Origin: the human T2T-CHM13v2.0 reference genome, Homo sapiens
DNA: 64,000 nt
Assembly: GCF_009914755.1 (NCBI RefSeq)
Contig: NC_060926.1
Reading direction: 5' to 3' (one strand)
Shown here: positions 56,711-64,000 of the stretch, one piece after another
Layout: each line of letters opens with the position of its first letter
Numbering within the stretch: the first letter of the stretch is position 1
Notes under the pieces: generated by a model
What the model was told of the DNA's origin: nothing
Databases searched by the model: none
The model's input: only the letters and a program-made list of their open reading frames with translations
Made by a program: the position numbers and the translations under genes

Positions 56711-57704
56711 AGTTTCTTAAAATTAATCCTTCAAAGGAATTTTCAACTTCAAAGGAATTTTCAACTTGAAATAGACGATTTATTCCAATTAGCCTTGCAC
56801 TAAAACTATTGATAAGCTTTCCTTTAGCTGTGTGTTGTCTTTTGCTTTGCACTACATCTACGAATTTGCACACGAAATGAGCCACCCTCATTGGTAAGTC
56901 TCCAGCAGATGCCCGTCTGGGTGTGCAGGCTCTACCTGTGAGGTGGTAGCAGTTCTTTGGAGCGCAAGGGGGGAGATGGTGTGGCTAGTCAGGTAGGCAA
57001 GAAGGGGCAGCAAGCTGGTTCTCAGAAGCCAGGGCTCCCTCCCAAGCTCTTCTCATTGGTTCTGAGAACCTCAACAGAGCACCTAATATTCCTGAGTCAT
57101 CTCAATTTCCTCCTCTACAAATCGGAGTCCCCGTGCATCATAATGAATTTGTGTGAAGGTCACATAACTGAGTGTGCACGTGGGCATTTTGGAAACCACA
57201 GACGTCTACACAAATGGGCATGTTCAAAATCAGGCTCCAGGGAGAGATGGCTCCTGAACTCTGTGCTTCTGCTCCTCCCATCACACTTGAACTTCAACAT
57301 CTGCTCGTCTCTTTAATAAGCACAGTCCACAGAATAGAATTGGGCACCCAGGGGAAGCAGCAGGCATGGGCATCAGAAGGCCATTCCATGCTGGTTGCTA
57401 TGGTGACATTCACATTCTCCCGTCAGCAGTTTTCAACCAGTTGTACAAATGGAGGGTCCTGTATCTGTTTCCCAAATATGCAGCATAAATTTTTGGGATA
57501 GTATTTTCTTAGGTGAAGAAAATGAGGTGAGTACTTGTTATTTGGTACCCCAGGCAAGTTCTCACTACATAAGTTACAGGGCTAGATAGAGACCTTACAG
57601 ATGTAGCCATCAACCTTCAGACCTGGAGATTCCTCTTATTTATTTATGTCAGTTCGAAATTATGTGTACAGGAAAATGTGGAAACAATTTTGAGAGGCAA
57701 ACAT
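56032..57704 (+). repeat. Dispersed ~240-bp direct repeat (56032-56272 and 57461-57704)
   Basis: Collinear shared blocks TTCCCAAATAT, AGTATTTTCT.AGGTGAA.AAAATGAG, ACTTGTTATTTGGTACCC, AGATAGAGACCTTACAGA, TGTACAGGAAAATGTGGAA.CAATTTTGA. Confidence 0.9.
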
Positions 57705-58002
57705 CCCCTGTGATTCTACACCTCACACAAGTGACCATGTTCAGGTTCTATGTACCCTCCAGGATTTATCCGCTCTCTGCAGATTTTATGCCAGTAACCA
57801 CTGTGCACATGGGATTTTATGTCTGATGTTTTATAAAACACTATATTATATATAATTATATTATGGTCATATGTGATAGAATTCATAATTATCCTAAACA
57901 TATTGGGAGAATAACACTGTAAGAAAGAGTCTTAAGAGGAGGTTTGAAGATAACTACAAATAGATCACCCAAGCCCATATTAAAGAATTTCAGTCCCCTC
58001 CC

Positions 58003-58496
58003 TAAAAACTTCCAACAGAAGCAACCAAGACGTCCTTCAGTAGATGAATCAATAAGTAAACTGTGGCACAATCAGGCAACGGAATATTATTCAGCACGAA
58101 AAAGAAATGAGCTTTCAAGCCATTTAGAGGTGAGGCATGTTACTCAGTGAAAGAAGCCAGTCTGAAAAGACTACAGACTGTGCGATTCCAATTATGTGAC
58201 ATTCTGGCAAAGGTGAAACCATGGAGACAGGAAAAAGATTAGTGGTTTGCAAAGGTTGGTGGGGAAGGAGGGATGAACAGATGGAGCACAGAGGAGGTTT
58301 ACGGCAGTGAAAACACTCTGTATGATACTATCATGGCGGACACCTGCTATCCTACATTTGTCTAAACTCATAGAATGTACAACACCAAGAATGAGCACCA
58401 GTGTGCACTGTGGACTGGGGTGATAGTAAGGTGTTAATGTAGGTTCATTGATTGTAATAAGTGTCCCACTCTGGCGGGGATTTTGATAGCAGGGGA

Positions 58497-58542
<46 letters not shown>

Positions 58543-58590
58543 GGAGATGGGGTAACAAGAAATCTCTGTACTTTCTGCCCAATATTGTCT
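58003..58590 (+). mobile_element. L1MC-like 3' end containing (TG)~21 at 58498-58540
   Basis: GAAGCAACCAAGACGTCCTTCAGTAG...GAAAGAAGCCAGTCTGAAAAG.CTAC...AGAATGTACAACACCAAGA...GAAATCTCTGTACTTTCTG. Confidence 0.85.
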
Positions 58591-59914
58591 CAGAGCACAC
58601 TCTCCCTGCTCTGTGAACACCTAAGCCCATTCTTTCTGTCGGGAGAGTTACAGGAGGGCTGAGGTTCATTCCTGGTCCCCGTGGCCCTTCCATCTCAGAT
58701 GCCATTGGCACAGTGTCTGTGGACCAGCTGATTTCACTTAATTTCATTCAAACAAAGCAAAGGCCATAGTATTTCTTTAGTTGAACATGATAACAAATCA
58801 TAAATTGTACATGTCACCCCCTCATCAAATGGATCCTTTAATAGTTGCTCGGAGGAGAGCCTGAATTTGAGGGTGGCCTTCTTTGTGGATAAAGTGGTAT
58901 AGAAAACAAACACTGTTCAAGTATCTATAAGCTTGAAACAGGTGAACATAGAGATCTTGTGTACAGAACCTGGAGTTACCCCATGTGAAAGGTGGGCAAG
59001 CCCGGGCTGAAGCCGCGACTCTTTGGAGGACATCTCTTCTCCCCTCCCCTTCGCTCTGCTGCTCCCTCCTGACTTTTTCTCTGCTCCACTTCCCTCCGTC
59101 CCTCATCCCCACTCTCTTATGAAGACCAGATACAGAGAGATGCTAGCAAGAGGTGCAACCTGCTGTTTATCTGCCTGTCGTCTTCACTGGTAACTTCGGA
59201 TGGACCTGGGAATCCAGGGCACTGCTCTAGGGGCCCACGAGAAGCACGTGTGGTCTCCACGATAAACTTGCTAACAGAAAGAAAAAGAGCCTTGGCACAC
59301 TCAGGGGCATTTGAAACAGAAGCTGACGTCGATCCCAGCATGTCTGGAGGAAAATCCATTTGGCATCAGGCTGAGAGGCTCGCGGGGAGGTGAGGACTTC
59401 CCGCTCAGGATTGCAAAACTGCATGTTTCTGCTCTCTCACACTCTGGCTTCAACTTCTTCTCCACGGGCTTCATCATTTTAGCAACAGGATTGTTCTTTG
59501 CCTTCTAAAATGCCCTTGTTTCTGTTCCCTCAGGGAAGAGCATAATTAATAAATCAGATCTTTGTCCTGTGCAGAAGACGGGCCGTGGTGTTAGGTCCTC
59601 CCCAGACGTGCCGACCTGAAGCCCAGTCACCCCAAGCATCAGTAGAGCCAGATGAAAACGAAAAAAAAAAGCAAAGCACGCAAGTGTGAGCCAGGCTTGA
59701 GCACTCAACACCAGATCATGGATTTAATGACTATTTCCCCAGGACACGGCAGACTGTTGGATACATTGACTGGTTGTTTTGGCCTTATGCAGACAGTCTT
59801 GAATATCAGATTCAGTTTGTGAAATCAACCGAATGGCTGCGTCACCTCTCCTTCCCTCTCCACAATGCCTTTTCTTCTCCCAGTTCTTCACTCCATTCCA
59901 AGTGGGAGGGGGTA

Positions 59915-60090
59915 ATGGCCAGAACACGAGCTTTGGCGTCAGAAGGTCTTGTGTGCACACCAGCTGGGTGATTTACCAACGCTGTGACCCTGGGCGAGGC
60001 TCACCTCCCAGGAGCCCCATCTTTCTTTGCAAAGTGGAGACCGTGTCTACCTTGGTTGCCACACAGAGTCATGAGAGGATGGGAGTGTGG
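59915..60090 (+). mobile_element. MIR
   Basis: GAGCTTTGGCGTCAGA...GCTGTGACCCTGGGCGAG..TCACCTC. Confidence 0.6.
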
Positions 60091-60462
60091 GGCCCTGAGG
60101 GAGCAGCCTAAGAAGCATAAATTACTGTTCAGTAAGACATGCAAAAGTAATTCTTCAATTTCTATTTTCTCCTCATTCTCTATACCTCAAATTAGAACTC
60201 TTTTTAGGTAAGAGGCCAAGTCTTGTTCATTTTTGCCCCTGGCACATAAGTAGATATTCTGTAAATATTTACTGAGTTCACTCATCAGCTCAGTAAATTC
60301 ATTGAAAACCACCCTTTGCTTGACAAGAAAACAAACATCCCCAGTTCCAACTACCCCAGTACTTTTCACTGTTAGGTGTTTGTATTTTCTCTTTGTTGAT
60401 CTGCTTACTTGCTTCTCACCCTTCAACCCCAATTAGATTGTAATCGATAGAAAAGCCCCTGG

Positions 60463-60942
<480 letters not shown>

Positions 60943-61610
60943 TTAAGACTGCTGCAGTCAGTGAACTGGCCAAGGTATTCTTTTTCAATTCACAATTTCG
61001 GAACAGAAATAAATGGCTTTGCAAATGCCTTGTAGAGAAAACACTCAGCCCTGGTCTATTGGTCTAAGCTCAACACTGATGTCTAAGTTTTGGGGGCAAG
61101 GAGAGGGTCCTGCCTGGAATACGGCAAGCAATCTGTCGTGTGTATTCCTAAACTCATGAAGGAACCGCTGCCATTTCCGTCAATTTTTAACCTGACCCCT
61201 TCTTTACATGGATTTGCCTTAGAAAAGTCTTCTCCAGACATAAACTGGCATTTAACAAAAAAGAGGGAAAATGAAAACAATAAGGTATCATTTCTTACAT
61301 CTGCCTGGAAAGACCACGGAGGATGAGCTGAGTGTGAGGCAAACAGAAGGAAATCGGAGGGCTCACAGCTGACAAGGGTGTTAATTGGAATAAAGTCCTG
61401 GAGGGCGATTTGACAATCTGTAGCAAAATCCATTTAAAGTGGCATACATCCGGACCCAGAGTTCCTCCTTTTAGACCTTTATTCCAAGGATTCAGCAAAT
61501 ATGAACGAAAATTTTGTGAGAGGATTATGACTCCTGGTTAAAAAAGGAGCGTGCACGCTAAGTAGTATGAACTGGCATGAACTGACATCCTTTGTAAGAA
61601 CTGCATTTTG

Positions 61611-61935
<325 letters not shown>

Positions 61936-62035
61936 TTAGACAGTTGCATTCTGTTGAATAGTCTTCCAGAGTTTCCCTAACACTGATTTGCTCTAGACTA
62001 TTGGGATTGTAGATAATTGTTTCCTTTGCTTATCT

Positions 62036-62107
62036 ACAGTTTTTGTATTTTCTGCAGTAAACAGTTTTGTATTTTCTACAGTAAAGTTTTGTTTACTGTA
62101 GAAAATA
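62036..62107. repeat. Tandem duplication plus perfect 16-bp inverted repeat
   Basis: TATTTTCTACAGTAAA (62070-62085), loop GTTTTG, TTTACTGTAGAAAATA (62092-62107); upstream copy ACAGTTTTTGTATTTTCTGCAGTAA. Confidence 0.9.
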
Positions 62108-62550
62108 AAAGTTAAGTGTATGAAAGGGGCTGGATCTTTTAGGACCCAAAGTTACCCTTTGCCACAGGCACTATTGACAAACTATATATTAATCAGAACA
62201 TACTCTGAATGACTGTAGGATACACAATTGGCAGATCCTAAACAAAGAATATTAAATATTTATATGAAGCCAGTGGGGAGGTGCATGCATGATGGGGAGG
62301 CCTGTGGCCAGCAGTGGTGTTTTATGCTCACATAAAATGCGGAGGAGGGAAATTGTTTAGGAAGACGTGGAGAGGTGGGGTTGGGGGACAAGGGGAAGAA
62401 ATATTTTATTCAGAAGGGGATTTGTATTTGACAGGATGGAGCTTGTTTATTGGAAGGACTTCCTAAGGTTTTACTGAATCCTGCTGTTTCCTTTTTAGAA
62501 TGGAGATAACTCTGGGCTTGACTTCCCTGATTCCTCCCTTAACATCCTCA

Positions 62551-62955
<405 letters not shown>

Positions 62956-64000
62956 TTAGATGTATAGTCTGAGGGTACTAAGAAATTAGATACAGAGGAC
63001 AGCATTTCAAAATACCATCCACTTAAAAAAGCCCCAAAACATCCTTAATACTTCTTTTCAGTTTAAAAGTCATCTTCTTATGAAAAACATCTTGCATGTG
63101 ATGACTGGAGCATAATAGACTGTAAAATATACGTGTGGAATGAATAAATGAATGAGAGTGTGAATGAATGAATGCAGTTTAAAAGAATTATCAGTGTTTT
63201 GCAGACGGTTCTCTTCTGTCCATAAAAGTATACAGTGGATCATTACACTGTGGCCTCTGTAAATCAGACCCACATTTTTTGAGTTCCTACACTGTCTGAG
63301 GCCCCGTCTGCAGTTACATTCTCAGTAGAAATGAGAACACACATGCTGGATACCTGGACATGGGGATGGTGCATTTTGGGATTAATGTTAACATGGTGTG
63401 AACCACAGTCTCAAAGACTAGAGAAGCCAGTGTGGCTGTAGAGGCTGAGAAGATTTTGTAAGCAAGGTGAACTGGCCTCATAGGATTGGCAGGATTTGGG
63501 GGAGCCACTGGGAGACGGAAGAAACCCAGGGATGGGGTGGAGTGACCACAGGTGACCACAAACATCGGGTGAGAGGAGCGGAGCTGGGTCAGAGTGTCCA
63601 TGCGACACGGGAGTAAGACACGCCACTCCCTTTATTTTTCTAGGTTGGATCAAGCTCTTGGAGCTCTGGGGTTGGTGAGTAACGGAGCCCGGCCATGCAT
63701 TCTCGTGCTCCCACCCTCCCTAAGGTTGGCTCCAGATGGCCAAGGTCCATCATAGCCATGGCTATGGTGCTTTTGTCCAAGACTGGCCAGTCCAGCCAAG
63801 GAGTGTGGCCGCCTTCCCTCCAGCCACACAGCAGCTGCCCTTCAGCCACCTCTCCAGCACGACTCAGCACAGTCCACTGCGGTGGGCTTCGGTGCTCCTC
63901 TGTGTCCACCTCCTGACACTCTGCAGCTGTCGGAGCCTCCACTGAAGACACAGAGGGCTGCTTTCTCCCTGCTCCCACGGGCTCACTCAGCCTTTGCCTC

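Overview
Primate, almost certainly human, non-coding genomic DNA (intergenic or deep intronic). I cannot assign the locus or a host gene from sequence alone. No protein-coding gene, rRNA, tRNA or CRISPR array is supported; the long ORFs in the track mostly derive from Alu, L1, THE1 or simple repeats. Much of the window is transposon relics: about 13 Alus (one nearly pristine AluY), a ~6.5 kb old antisense L1 with nested insertions, L2 and MIR fragments, MaLR/ERVL/ERV1 LTRs including a full-length THE1A provirus inside an MLT2 LTR, and MER3/MER20/MER30/MER58/MADE1/MADE2 DNA transposons. Structure that repeat classes do not explain: (i) several short locally templated duplications, namely a composite insertion copied from sites 1.5 kb upstream and 2.5 kb downstream, a ~72 bp inverted repeat in a promoter-like region, a ~240 bp dispersed direct repeat and a direct-plus-inverted hairpin; (ii) an mRNA 3'-end retrocopy of unknown parent buried in the L1; (iii) a ~100 nt G-U-rich hairpin in apparently unique sequence; (iv) candidate enhancers and non-coding exons. 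I see no convincing evidence of a new biological system. Repeat subfamily names come from memory of consensus sequences and need RepeatMasker/Dfam confirmation.
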